From assembly GCA_023407575.1 (NCBI GenBank), contig JAEYLX010000075.1, positions 319,689 to 383,688 on the forward strand: a stretch of DNA of 64,000 bases. The letters are read 5' to 3'. A model generated the notes under the pieces. It did not search any database. It worked only from the letters and a program-made list of their open reading frames with translations, and was not told where the DNA came from. Source of the stretch: Bacillota bacterium (GTDB lineage: Bacteria > Bacillota > Clostridia > Lachnospirales > Lachnospiraceae). Below are positions 49,892 to 60,117 of this stretch, in pieces. Each line of letters begins with the position of its first letter. The stretch's first letter is position 1. Both the position numbers and the translations under genes were made by a program.

Positions 49892-50617
49892 TTAAAGTAC
49901 CTCCCCTTCTCCGCCAGTTTTGAGGTTAACAGTTCTCTGCTCTCGTTTCTTTAAGGATGTCTCCCAGGCACTAGCCAAAGTCGACAGTGGAAAGCATACA
50001 GCAAAAAACATGAGACCACATAGGAAATAAGCTTGTGAATATGATCCCCCTGTTTGTTCGCCTGTAACGAAACTATAAGTGAGTGAAATTAGATCAGCAC
50101 CACCAATAATATAAAGACAGGAAGTGTTCTTAATTAAATTCACCACCTGATTTACCATAGGTGGTAAAATTATCTTGATACTTTGTGGTAGGATAATATA
50201 ATACATTCTCCCTACATAGGTAAAACCCTGGGATTGTGCTGCTTCAAATTGTCCTTTTGGAATAGACCCGATTCCAGCACGAACCACTTCGGAAACATAT
50301 GCTCCATGATAGATTCCCAACGAAATAATACCGGTTGGAATAATACCTATGCTGTTACCTGAATATGCTAGAGCAAAATATAAAAAACACAATTGAAGAA
50401 TGAGCGGAGTATTCTGAATAATCTCTACATAAATACGGCTAATAACTTCCAGCCACCGCTTCCCACTTGTAGCTAATAAGCCAAAAATGATGCCTAATAC
50501 CAAGGAAATAAGTAAGGCAAATATCGCCATTCTACAGGTATTCCATAATCCCAATAAAAATGTGGATCTGAATATCCATACTTTCTCCCAAGCGTCTGGA
50601 GAGAAAAATTCTACCAT
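49892..50617 (-). CDS. Polar amino acid ABC permease
   Basis: IQNTPL, SEVVRAG, GQFEAA, KNTS. Confidence 0.9.
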   Translation of the reverse strand: MVEFFSPDAWEKVWIFRSTFLLGLWNTCRMAIFALLISLVLGIIFGLLATSGKRWLEVISRIYVEIIQNTPLILQLCFLYFALAYSGNSIGIIPTGIISLGIYHGAYVSEVVRAGIGSIPKGQFEAAQSQGFTYVGRMYYIILPQSIKIILPPMVNQVVNLIKNTSCLYIIGGADLISLTYSFVTGEQTGGSYSQAYFLCGLMFFAVCFPLSTLASAWETSLKKREQRTVNLKTGGEGEVL

Positions 50618-50767
50618 TCGTAATACCTCCTATAATTTAGTATAGAAAGTGCTGTTGCTATAGAAACTCAAAGAAAAGAATGTAGATTAGTTCCCTAATA
50701 TGCATTCTTTTCTTTCTCTTAACTCCTATATTTAACAACTACTTAGAATACTCATTTTACTAACCGA

Positions 50768-51637
50768 TTAGTTTAATTTATTATCTGCTATTAATCCTTC
50801 GATGGTACCATCTGCCAGCCAACCGGTAACCAGTTCTTCAACAACAGCTGAAATGCCTGCACCCTTTTTCGTAGCAACACCATAATCCTGTGGTGAGAAC
50901 TTATCTGATATGTAAGATCTTGTATCTGTGCTGTAAACCGCTAAGATTGACTTATCAACACAAAACGCATCAACTTCTCCAGCACTTAATGCGATTGAAA
51001 TGCTTGGGTAGTCATCATATTGGTTGAAGGAAATACCCTCTGTCCAAGTAGCCGGGTCAAAGGTCTCTACATTAAAATTGTCTCCACTGATAAATCCACC
51101 TTCAATCATTGCACTAACCAAAGCCTTTGCAGAAGTGGAACCGGAAGAAACACCCACCTTCTTATCAACTAAGCCTTCAAGACTTTTAATACCGGATGCA
51201 TTTTCAACCAATACAGTGACGAAATCAGTAAAATATGGTGTGGAGAAATCCCAGCTTTCTTTTCTCTCATCTGTAATTGTAAAGGTAGCCAATACACAAT
51301 CCAAGTCACCTGAATCTAAAAGCTGTGTACGAGTTGCTGCTGTAACTGCTGTAAACTCAACATCAACACCTAATTCTTCTGCTATCTTTTCTGCTAAGGT
51401 GATTTCAAGTCCACTATATTTCTGGGTAACTGGATCTTGAAAACCAAAACCAACAACTGCATTCTTTACACCAACTCTTAAGGTTCCACGATCAATGATT
51501 GCCTGTACGTCGGCAGGATAATCTTTGCCATTTGCATTACTTTCCTTTTCTTTATCCTCACTCTTGCAGGCTGTGAATAAAGTCATCATTAATAAGACAC
51601 TTAGCACTAAAACAAATCCCTTTTTTAAATTCTTCAT
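50768..51637 (-). CDS. Polar amino acid (Gln/Glu/Asp-type) ABC substrate-binding lipoprotein
   Basis: Lipobox FTAC; RGTLRVGV, ATFTITDER, FSTPY. Confidence 0.9.
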   Translation of the reverse strand: MKNLKKGFVLVLSVLLMMTLFTACKSEDKEKESNANGKDYPADVQAIIDRGTLRVGVKNAVVGFGFQDPVTQKYSGLEITLAEKIAEELGVDVEFTAVTAATRTQLLDSGDLDCVLATFTITDERKESWDFSTPYFTDFVTVLVENASGIKSLEGLVDKKVGVSSGSTSAKALVSAMIEGGFISGDNFNVETFDPATWTEGISFNQYDDYPSISIALSAGEVDAFCVDKSILAVYSTDTRSYISDKFSPQDYGVATKKGAGISAVVEELVTGWLADGTIEGLIADNKLN

Positions 51638-51760
51638 CGAAACTCCTCCTTATAATTTTATTCTCATAGACTGTTAAACCAATCTTTTGTTAACTTTAAT
51701 TCTTATATTTATTAATAACATCTTTACCAACAAATCACAATTCATCCCTATTATAAAAGA

Positions 51761-51854
51761 CTTTGTCTTAACCTATTAACATCTGTCTTAATCTTTTAAC
51801 TTCTGCCTTAATCTTTTAACTTCTGTCTTATTCTTTTAACATCTGTCTTAATCT
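51761..51854. repeat. Intergenic 20-bp tandem repeat (~4.7 copies)
   Basis: Unit (A/T)TCTGTCTTAATCTTTTAAC. Confidence 0.9.
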
Positions 51855-51867
51855 AAAAAATTTATCT

Positions 51868-52590
51868 CTATCGAATAATCTTACTTAAGAATTGTTTCAC
51901 ACGATCATTTTCAGGGTTGTTAAAGAAATGTTCCGGATCGCCTTCTTCAATGATTTGTCCATCTTCCATGAATACAATACGATCTGCTACTTGTCTTGCA
52001 AATCCCATCTCATGAGTCACAACTACCATTGTAATGTTTTCCTTCGCCAATTTAATCATTACATCCAGTACCTCTTGAATTGTCTCTGGGTCCAGAGCTG
52101 AAGTTGGTTCATCAAATAATATGATTTTTGTTTGTGCGCATAACGCTCTAGCGATGGCTATTCTTTGTTGCTGTCCGCCGGAAAGAGTCGCAGGATATAC
52201 ATTAGCCTTATCTCTAAGCCCAACAATATCAAGATAACGATATGCCAATTCTTCTGCTTCCTTTTTGGTCTTATTATGTAATTTCATAGGTGCCAAGGTT
52301 AAGTTTTTTATAACAGATAGATGTGGGTATAAATTAAATTGCTGAAAAACCATTGAGGTGGTTTCTCTAACTAACTTTGTCTTATTCCTTGACGTAAGCA
52401 CTTGTCCATTAATGGTAACACTTCCACTGGTTGGCTCTTCCAAGTGATTCATACAACGAATCGCTGTGGATTTACCAGAACCGGAAGGTCCTATGATAAC
52501 GAGTTTCTGGCCTTCTGAAACCTCTAAGTTAACATCCTTCAGGACATGAAGGTCTCCAAAGAATTTATTAACATTTTCCATTTTAATCAT
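51868..52590 (-). CDS. Polar amino acid ABC ATPase (GlnQ-like)
   Basis: GPSGSGKST, LSGGQQQR, FDEPTSALDPE, THEMGFA. Confidence 0.93.
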   Translation of the reverse strand: MIKMENVNKFFGDLHVLKDVNLEVSEGQKLVIIGPSGSGKSTAIRCMNHLEEPTSGSVTINGQVLTSRNKTKLVRETTSMVFQQFNLYPHLSVIKNLTLAPMKLHNKTKKEAEELAYRYLDIVGLRDKANVYPATLSGGQQQRIAIARALCAQTKIILFDEPTSALDPETIQEVLDVMIKLAKENITMVVVTHEMGFARQVADRIVFMEDGQIIEEGDPEHFFNNPENDRVKQFLSKIIR

Positions 52591-52675
52591 AAGGTCGCTT
52601 CTCCTTTATAACCCTTGTTTGTAATTCATTAACAAACTAACACCTTAACGTTTTAGCACAATAACGTTCTGGTTG

Positions 52676-52717
52676 AATAAAAATAGTGTCTGAAATCTGT
52701 CTTCAGACACTGTTGTC
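52676..52717 (-). promoter_or_regulatory. Leader attenuator of amino-acid ABC operon: hexaloop hairpin overlapping terminator
   Basis: Minus strand GAC-AACAGT-GTC overlapping stem AGTGTCTGAA/TTCAGACACT plus T-run. Confidence 0.65.
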
Positions 52718-52724
52718 GTGGCTT

Positions 52725-52754
52725 ATTATACCTTACTTTTCTTTTGATTGTCAA
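52725..52754 (-). promoter_or_regulatory. SigA promoter of amino-acid ABC operon
   Basis: TTGACA-18bp-TATAAT. Confidence 0.8.
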
Positions 52755-52880
52755 GATTTTTAATTTATTAATTTACCATTTTACTATTTTACTTATTTAA
52801 AGCGTGCACCAATTAACGTTAGAAACTGACCAAAAATCAGATTAATCTTGCACCTTTACTCCGCAGCTTATCACTTATTA

Positions 52881-53072
52881 TTACTCCCAGAAAAGTTCAT
52901 CTAAGGTTCGATTTAAAGTCTTACATATTGCTATACAAAGACGAATCGTGGGATTATAATCTCCCATTTCAATTGAATTTATCGTTTGTCTCGATACACC
53001 TACTCGTTCAGCAAGCTGCTGCTGTGACATATCCAGTGCTGCTCTTGCTGACTTTAATCTTAAGTTCTTCAT
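52881..53072 (-). CDS. XRE-family HTH regulator
   Basis: SQQQLAERVGVSRQTINSIE.GDYNP. Confidence 0.92.
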   Translation of the reverse strand: MKNLRLKSARAALDMSQQQLAERVGVSRQTINSIEMGDYNPTIRLCIAICKTLNRTLDELFWE

Positions 53073-53599
53073 TGTACCCCCTGCTTTACTTCAAATCTAA
53101 GCTTTAACCACTTAGCGAAGAGGGCTATAAAAATAACTACAAAAAAACATCCAACTATAAAGGAGACCCCTCTAAAATTCAAGACACCATCTGTAAAAGC
53201 CATACCGCTTCTTATATTTACAGCACCTAACGACATGTTAGTAAACCCTAGAATTCCAAATGCTATCAATACCTTTCCTGGATTGTCGTTTAAAGCAAAA
53301 TATGCATCCTTCCAAATACAATAAATCACATGGATTAATTCTGCAAATAAGATACCTACCATCATTGCTGTTAAAGTATCAATTGGAAGCTTATCCACTC
53401 TAGAATCGACTATTCCGTAACCTACATTATAAAAGATTAAAGTAAAGAAGCTTATCTTATAACCCTTCCCTCTAATGAATGCTTGACGCTCATCATATTT
53501 GTCTAATACACTATTTTCATTTTTTGTAGCTTTAATTACAATCCAAATTAGTAAAATACAGAACCCTGCGATAAGACCTATACCAATAATACTATCCAT
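53069..53599 (-). CDS. Membrane protein paired with XRE regulator
   Basis: YDERQ motif followed by TM helices; ATGA overlap with XRE gene. Confidence 0.75.
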   Translation of the reverse strand: MDSIIGIGLIAGFCILLIWIVIKATKNENSVLDKYDERQAFIRGKGYKISFFTLIFYNVGYGIVDSRVDKLPIDTLTAMMVGILFAELIHVIYCIWKDAYFALNDNPGKVLIAFGILGFTNMSLGAVNIRSGMAFTDGVLNFRGVSFIVGCFFVVIFIALFAKWLKLRFEVKQGVQ

Positions 53600-53687
53600 A
53601 ATTCTCATCCTCTCTTTTTCAGACAAAATCAATAGTATTTTAAAAATCATTTCATCACATTAAAATGCCATCACAGCTGTTGTAATG

Positions 53688-53728
53688 ATTTTACATCTGC
53701 GATAGCATTTTGTCAAATATATTTTACA
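53688..53728 (-). promoter_or_regulatory. SigA promoter with overlapping palindromic operator
   Basis: TTGACA-17bp-TAAAAT; TGTAAAATATATTTGACA covers -35. Confidence 0.65.
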
Positions 53729-53750
53729 TTTTGTAATATGTTATTTTTAA

Positions 53751-55967
53751 TCATTTTTTCAACGTAAAATCACAGCTAAAACCTGCCTTTACATAAATCT
53801 TACTGACTGGACTGTAATCAGCTATCAAATTGCCTTTAAGGTATAGCTCTGTTAGTTTTGTTAAACCCTTTAGAGGTGCTATTGAGGTTATTTTATTGTC
53901 CGTCAAATAGAGTTTTTGCAAGGAGGTCAGCTTTGTCAAAGGTTTCAAATCCTTAATCAAATTTCCGTTCAAGGACAGTAAGGTAAGCTTCTTTAAATTT
54001 GAAAGAGTCGCAATACTACTGATAGAATTTCTTTGCAGATATAGAATTTCTAATTTTGTCAAAGTCTTTAACGCCTGTATATCCTTAATTTTATTATTAT
54101 CCAAGGATAATTGTTTTAAATTTTTCAGATTAGCCAAGGAAGTTACTGTTGTTATATTATTAACACCAAGCTCTAATATCTTTAAGTTTGTAAGCTTACT
54201 TAAGGAGGTCAAACTTGTAATTTTATTCTCCCGTAAGTATAGTTTTTGTAATTTTGTCAATCCCGCTAATGATGTAATCGAGCTTACTTGATTTCCATTG
54301 AGAGATAGCGTTTCAAGATTTTTAAGTTTCTTTAATGTACTGATGTCCGTAATACTATTGCGTTGTAAATAAAGAACTCTTAGTTCGGTAAGTGTACCTA
54401 TGCTTGTAATATCTTTTAAGCCAAGCTGCTGTGCATCAAGATATTCCAGATTTACCAAGTTGGCTAAATCTTTTATACTCTTAACTCCTTTTGGAAGTTT
54501 CAAGCGATAGATGTTCTGTATGTCGTATAGGCTTACTTTTCCTGTTAGTATACCAAGTTTTTCTCTGACAGCCTTCTCTACCACTGGGTCTTTAAAGGTA
54601 ACTGTTTTCGTACTATTTGCAACAGATTTTTGGAAGCTACTCATCTTATTTAGGATCGTAGTCCAGCCATTTAATTTATACTTTAGTCCATTCGTATCCG
54701 TATAGTCAGGTACATTAGCTAAGCTCCAAACCGAGATACCACCCACTCCATAGGTTCTTGCAAGGTCAATCTTAGCTGAAATACTTGTGCTGTCTTCATA
54801 GAGGATAATGTTCCAGGTCTTATTTACAGTATTAAAATACTGAAGAAATGGACTTTGTAATTCATTATTATATCCATAGGTTAAGTTCTGCCCTGCACCA
54901 TCTTTATTATCGACACGATCCTTAATTGACTTGTAGAGCGGCGTGGATCTTACCTCTTTACTAAGTACTGATTCCTTCAAGGTTTCCCAGCCTGCAGCAC
55001 TAGTTACATCGTATTGCCACTGTGCACTGTCAAAGGTGATTTGCAACCAAACCTTTGACATTTGGGAGGCATCCGCTGCAGCGCTACGCAAATCATTCAA
55101 GGCATCTCTTACAGCTCCAATTGGGGCTAAACTATGTACCGGTTCCAGCACATCATAGCCAGTATACTGCTGAACTTGATTTTTTTGAAGTTTTTGTACT
55201 GGTTCATAATCATGTGCCATTAAGATAACCTGATCTGCAAGCTCTAGAATATCTGAATATTCATATCCGTCATAATACAGTAATGGATTTACTGCCACAA
55301 ACATCGTTTTGTTCATCTGAGTGAGTTGTGTTTTTAACTCTGTTAAAAACTGTGTGTAATAGTAGCTAATTGTTTGCCCGTCATAGAGGATTGATTTTTT
55401 GTCACTTCCGGTGTTACGAAGTCCTTCAAAATCGATTACAACTCCATCAAAATATATTTTCTCTCCTTGTGATATATCCAGCAGTAAATGGTCAGTGATT
55501 GCCTTTATTACTAAAGAACGCTTATCTGCCAAGGGCAAAAGTTCAATTGCAGCTTTCCCATCCATATAAATATTCAGCTGAATTGATTTCCCATTATTCT
55601 TAGCATACTTTATTGGTTCTAGGTAGTTACTAGGATAGTAAAAGCCGTAATTTCCATTCTTAGCCTTTACAATATTTAAGGATGTAATATCTTCTGCATC
55701 AATTCTGCTCCAGGCAAAACTAAGAGAATCAACTTTGTCTATGTAATTCTTTATTTGGTCACTAAATACTGCATTCGACGGATAGAATGTGTGAAGATCA
55801 CCTTCTGTTACTTCACCTGACACCTTTAAGGGTAAAAGTATACACAAAAATGTTGCTATGAGACTTAATGCTATTTTATAAAATAGTTTTCCTTTTCTAG
55901 ATATGTATAAATCGGCTTTTATATTATCCGCTTTCCTATTGTCAACTTTTATATTATCCGCTTTCAT
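53751..55967 (-). CDS. Exported GH18-like glycoside hydrolase fused to internalin-like leucine-rich repeats
   Basis: FDGVVIDFEG, LMAHDY, GGISVW; about ten 22-aa LRRs. Confidence 0.82.
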   Translation of the reverse strand: MKADNIKVDNRKADNIKADLYISRKGKLFYKIALSLIATFLCILLPLKVSGEVTEGDLHTFYPSNAVFSDQIKNYIDKVDSLSFAWSRIDAEDITSLNIVKAKNGNYGFYYPSNYLEPIKYAKNNGKSIQLNIYMDGKAAIELLPLADKRSLVIKAITDHLLLDISQGEKIYFDGVVIDFEGLRNTGSDKKSILYDGQTISYYYTQFLTELKTQLTQMNKTMFVAVNPLLYYDGYEYSDILELADQVILMAHDYEPVQKLQKNQVQQYTGYDVLEPVHSLAPIGAVRDALNDLRSAAADASQMSKVWLQITFDSAQWQYDVTSAAGWETLKESVLSKEVRSTPLYKSIKDRVDNKDGAGQNLTYGYNNELQSPFLQYFNTVNKTWNIILYEDSTSISAKIDLARTYGVGGISVWSLANVPDYTDTNGLKYKLNGWTTILNKMSSFQKSVANSTKTVTFKDPVVEKAVREKLGILTGKVSLYDIQNIYRLKLPKGVKSIKDLANLVNLEYLDAQQLGLKDITSIGTLTELRVLYLQRNSITDISTLKKLKNLETLSLNGNQVSSITSLAGLTKLQKLYLRENKITSLTSLSKLTNLKILELGVNNITTVTSLANLKNLKQLSLDNNKIKDIQALKTLTKLEILYLQRNSISSIATLSNLKKLTLLSLNGNLIKDLKPLTKLTSLQKLYLTDNKITSIAPLKGLTKLTELYLKGNLIADYSPVSKIYVKAGFSCDFTLKK

Positions 55968-55980
55968 ATCATCGACCTTC
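55911..55980. repeat. Degenerate 15-bp repeat spanning start of GH18-LRR gene
   Basis: Encodes MKADN/IKVDN/RKADN/IKAD; 20-mer CTTTTATATTATCCGCTTTC repeated at 30 bp. Confidence 0.75.
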
Positions 55981-56184
55981 CTTTTTAACTAACCACCAAT
56001 ATCAACTTATTAGACCTTACAACTATGGTAAGAGTTCTTTGTTTTTCTCATCCCTATTAATTATAAGCCTTTTTATTATTATTGGAAATAACGAATTTTC
56101 TTTAACAGTAAAAATGAGGCTGTTTTAACAGCCCCACCTTTATTCCTGACAAACGAAATGCCTTTTATATTGTATTAAATCCGT

Positions 56185-58131
56185 CTATAGTCTGTGTTCA
56201 TAAATAGTTATATTAGAACGATTTACCTCATAGGTACCAGTATCCGTATAACGAACGACTGGATTATTCTGATAAACATCTACCAGCATTTGAAGTGCAA
56301 TAGTTACCCAGGTAAAGGCACGTTGCGCTATTGCTCCTAATATTTTATCCTGTTTAATTAATTCTGCTACATCTTTACGAAGATCAACTGTCATAATTCC
56401 ATAGCTAAGGTGATGTTTAGCTACATATTCAGCAAATGCAACACCCCAGGCACCATTGGTGGAATAAATTAAGCTGGCATTTGGGTAATCTTTTTTCAGT
56501 GCTGCAAAAATTTGATTCATTTGTTCCTCCGTTGGTGTACTTAATACTTTAATTGGATGGACTTTAATATTGGAGTTGGCATTTAACTCATTGATGAACC
56601 CTTCTCCTCGCTTTTCAATGGAAGCCACTTTTACATCACTCCATTGGTTTACAATAACTTCTCCTTGATTATTCAGAAGTTGCTTGATTAACTTAGCCGC
56701 ACTTTTACCTAATTCTATGCTATTAGTTTCAATCAGAGCTTCGTAGGAGACATCTTCAAAGGAAGAATTAATAAAGATAATCTTAATCCCTTTATTCGTT
56801 GCCAGCTTTAATGCAGCTTTGATTTCCGGGCTGTCTAATGGACTAATAATGATTGCATCAAAATCCCGATTAATAAAATCGTTGATAGCTTCCAACATAT
56901 CAGCTACACCATTTTCTCTGTCCTTGGGAGCAAAGAATTCAATATAGAAATTAAGTGCTTTCGCTGTTTTTTTACCTTCATTACGACTCGGAACCCAGAA
57001 GGGATCGTCAATATCAAAGATAGCTGCAACCTTCTTCTGCTGATTAGCAACATGATCTGTCTTAATAACTGAAGAGGAGGAGAAAATCGCATCAACCTTA
57101 TTGCGCATATCGTGTGCCATTTTATTTATAATATTTGCTGTACTATTTTGTGCTACCGTTAAGGATGCTACTTCTTCTGTGGTTGCAGAAGCTTCTTCAA
57201 TAATAGAAGCAATGCTACAGAAAGAGTCAATAAGATTATCCTTCTTGGTAGAAAGCCCCTGGACTTCTCCATTAAAATCTTGTTGACTTGTGATGAAACA
57301 ACTAACATAGGAATTAATCTGTTCAAAGGATTCAATTACTTCCTTCACTGCCTGTGCCTGATTACTAAAGGTTTCTTTGGAGCTATCTGCAACCATTTTA
57401 AGGTTACCTAACTGAGTTGTAATTTCAGATATGTTCTCAGTAATGGTAGCACTAGCTGATTTGCTGCGGTCTGCTAGTTTTCTGACTTCGTTGGCTACAA
57501 CTGCGAAGCCTTTACCTGCCTCTCCTGCTCTTGCCGCTTCTATCGATGCATTTAAAGAGAGTAAGTTGGTCTGACTTGCAATATCATATAAGACACCTGT
57601 AATTTCATCAATTGCTTTTGTCTTATTCAGCACCTGATAGATTTCTGAAATAATTGCATTATTTGCCTCGTAATTCTTATTTTGTTGCTCTGACAGATTT
57701 TGAACCGCTACTCTACCTTTATTACTTACTACTCCCATTTCCTGTGCCGAATTAATTAGCTGCTGTGATCTTTCACTCATGATGCTAATCTTGTCTGCTA
57801 TTGTATCCGCAATCGCCTGACAGTTTGCAATATCTTCTGTCTGACTTTGTGCTCCTTCAGCAATAAATCCCGCTGACATACGAACATAATTAGAGGAATC
57901 CAACATCTCTTCGATAAAGCCTTCCAACTGGTCGGATACAAGCTTTATATCTTCAAAATCTTTCTTAAATTGAATAAAATAATTTCTGTATTTCTCATGT
58001 AATGTAAAATCCTTGCTGTCTACATTTTTTATTTCAGTTACCGCATTTTCTGTAAAGTCCCAGTTTACGAATTGCTCCAATACTTTACTGCTTTTGTTCC
58101 CTTTGTTACCGATAAATTTCATTTGCATCAT
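56185..58131 (-). CDS. Cytoplasmic methyl-accepting chemotaxis protein with C-terminal sugar-binding (LacI/RbsB fold) domain
   Basis: [35 protein letters not shown]...DAIIISP...; no TM segment. Confidence 0.88.
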   Translation of the reverse strand: MMQMKFIGNKGNKSSKVLEQFVNWDFTENAVTEIKNVDSKDFTLHEKYRNYFIQFKKDFEDIKLVSDQLEGFIEEMLDSSNYVRMSAGFIAEGAQSQTEDIANCQAIADTIADKISIMSERSQQLINSAQEMGVVSNKGRVAVQNLSEQQNKNYEANNAIISEIYQVLNKTKAIDEITGVLYDIASQTNLLSLNASIEAARAGEAGKGFAVVANEVRKLADRSKSASATITENISEITTQLGNLKMVADSSKETFSNQAQAVKEVIESFEQINSYVSCFITSQQDFNGEVQGLSTKKDNLIDSFCSIASIIEEASATTEEVASLTVAQNSTANIINKMAHDMRNKVDAIFSSSSVIKTDHVANQQKKVAAIFDIDDPFWVPSRNEGKKTAKALNFYIEFFAPKDRENGVADMLEAINDFINRDFDAIIISPLDSPEIKAALKLATNKGIKIIFINSSFEDVSYEALIETNSIELGKSAAKLIKQLLNNQGEVIVNQWSDVKVASIEKRGEGFINELNANSNIKVHPIKVLSTPTEEQMNQIFAALKKDYPNASLIYSTNGAWGVAFAEYVAKHHLSYGIMTVDLRKDVAELIKQDKILGAIAQRAFTWVTIALQMLVDVYQNNPVVRYTDTGTYEVNRSNITIYEHRL

Positions 58132-58296
58132 AGCATCCCCTTTGCATTTGTAATATCAATCCCAATTTTGTATAATATTACTATAATGTAACAAGGATGT
58201 CAACTTTAACTTAGTAACATTTGTATAGTTAGTAAAGAATCAAGCTTCAATTTCTTTGTATAAAGATTATAAAAAAACAGTAACGAAATGTACTGA

Positions 58297-59184
58297 CTAT
58301 CTAATTCCTATTCTAGCATTTTCAAGGGTTTTGAGATCAAATTTTTTCATTTGTAAGAAAGCTTCTGTCACACGTTTAATTTCTTCCTTATCTCCTTTTT
58401 CATAAACTTCATTCATATTTATAGGTACAATTTGCCAGGAAACACCAAACTGATCTTTTACCCAACCGCACTGCTCTGCTTCAGGTACATGGGATAATTT
58501 CTCCCAATAGTAATCAATTTCATCCTGATCCTTACATGGTATCATAAAAGAAAAAGCTTCGTTAAAGGTAAAGTCACCACCAGCACCATGATCCATAAGA
58601 ATTAATTGCGTTTCTGAAATATTTAATTCTGCATAATTTAATTTGGCTCTATCATCCGGTGCTTCCCCAGGTTGATATCTGTTTACATAGCCTTGGCTAG
58701 ATCCTGCAAAAACAGAACTATAAAAGTTAAGTGCTTCCTCTGCTCGTCCACATTGCTCCTGTGCAAACAAGATGTTAGGTCTTATTCTTTGGTGTTCCTC
58801 TATATTTTCAACCAGAAAGAGCTGCCAGTTCAAACCATACTTATCTTGCAACCAGGCATAGTGCTTGCTAAAGGGATATTCACCAAGAGGCATAAGCTCA
58901 AATCCTCCTACAGATAGCTCTTTATATAATCGATCCACCTCATCGGCAGTGGCACAAGCTACCATCAAGGAAATTGATGGGTTCAGTGAAAAATATGGAC
59001 CGCCATTGATTGCTGAAAAGTTGATATTTGCTAGTTGAAAATCTACCAGTGCTGCATCTCCAGAAGGTGTATCTGGTATAACTGCAGTATTAATTATTTT
59101 TGAATCCTCAAATAAGCTAACATACCAATTAGCTGCTTCTATTGCTTCTTTATCGTACCATAAATGTGAGATTAATTTCTGCAT
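58297..59184 (-). CDS. VOC/PhnB-like tandem domain protein
   Basis: AINGGPYF, QDKYGLNWQ, CGWVKDQFGVSWQ. Confidence 0.88.
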   Translation of the reverse strand: MQKLISHLWYDKEAIEAANWYVSLFEDSKIINTAVIPDTPSGDAALVDFQLANINFSAINGGPYFSLNPSISLMVACATADEVDRLYKELSVGGFELMPLGEYPFSKHYAWLQDKYGLNWQLFLVENIEEHQRIRPNILFAQEQCGRAEEALNFYSSVFAGSSQGYVNRYQPGEAPDDRAKLNYAELNISETQLILMDHGAGGDFTFNEAFSFMIPCKDQDEIDYYWEKLSHVPEAEQCGWVKDQFGVSWQIVPINMNEVYEKGDKEEIKRVTEAFLQMKKFDLKTLENARIGIR

Positions 59185-59200
59185 AAATGTCTTCTCCTTT

Positions 59201-59626
59201 TTAATGTAAATTTTTCTCGGTGTATTGTTTAAAGTTATTTAGGATGGACAACCACCCCTGCTCTTGATATTCTTTGGGAAATTCGTTCTCTGCCTCAAAG
59301 GTTTGAATAATTTCAGTTTCATTGTCTTTTGCTTTGAAGGTGATATGAACTGTTCTATCATCGTCCAGTGTATAAGCAATTATCTCATGCAGCTTCACTT
59401 CATCGTAGGTTCCGCTAAAATCAAAGCCAAAACTGCCATCCCTTGCTTCCATTCTCGATAAAAATCTACCCCCGGCTTTTAAGTCATTTTCTGCCGCGGT
59501 TGTATGCCAATCCTCCGATGCATTATTCCATTTTTTAATATGTTCAGGTTCTGTCCAAACGTTCCAAACCGTTTCAACCGGTGCATTAATTGTCGCATTA
59601 ATAGTTATTCTATTTCCATCAATCAT
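59201..59626 (-). CDS. SRPBCC/AHSA1-like protein
   Basis: APVETVW..WT.PEHI..W, GFDF.G.Y, QGW. Confidence 0.85.
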   Translation of the reverse strand: MIDGNRITINATINAPVETVWNVWTEPEHIKKWNNASEDWHTTAAENDLKAGGRFLSRMEARDGSFGFDFSGTYDEVKLHEIIAYTLDDDRTVHITFKAKDNETEIIQTFEAENEFPKEYQEQGWLSILNNFKQYTEKNLH

Positions 59627-59905
59627 AATTTTTCTCCTTGTTTGTCCCATTTCTTTTTATTTCTATGTCATTACTTTCGCTTCATTTTACCTATAAATTA
59701 TTCACTTATGACTTTCATTATTATTCAATGCTCTTCTTATTAACAACAGCATATTTTCATTGATTATTTTAAAAATATAAAATATTTCCATGTTTCAATA
59801 CTAGCATATATTCCTTATTTTGACTAGCACTTTTGGTGTTTTACAATTGAATTACACACAATTAAGTTTATTATACAAAAATAACTGAAAAAAAGAAGAA
59901 CAGAT

Positions 59906-60106
59906 TTATAGTTTCTGTTCTTCTCGATAGTTCACTAAACACGCTTTGCAGACACAAGCCTTCATTTTCTTCTCCTTCGGAATTTTATTTAATAATTCCT
60001 CTGGAAAATATTCTTTCTCACACCAGCATCCTGCTCCGGTGGTATGTTGACAATTGTTCGGCTTACCGCAAAGAGGACAAATGTCTTGATTAATTTTATC
60101 TTGCAT
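59906..60106 (-). CDS. Cysteine-rich CWC-family protein
   Basis: CPLCG..N.C...CWC...CVC..C. Confidence 0.85.
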   Translation of the reverse strand: MQDKINQDICPLCGKPNNCQHTTGAGCWCEKEYFPEELLNKIPKEKKMKACVCKACLVNYREEQKL

Positions 60107-60117
60107 TCATAATCTCC

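Noticed and set aside
51761..51854. Possible CRISPR array
   Set aside because: Head-to-tail repeats with no unique spacers; no cas genes
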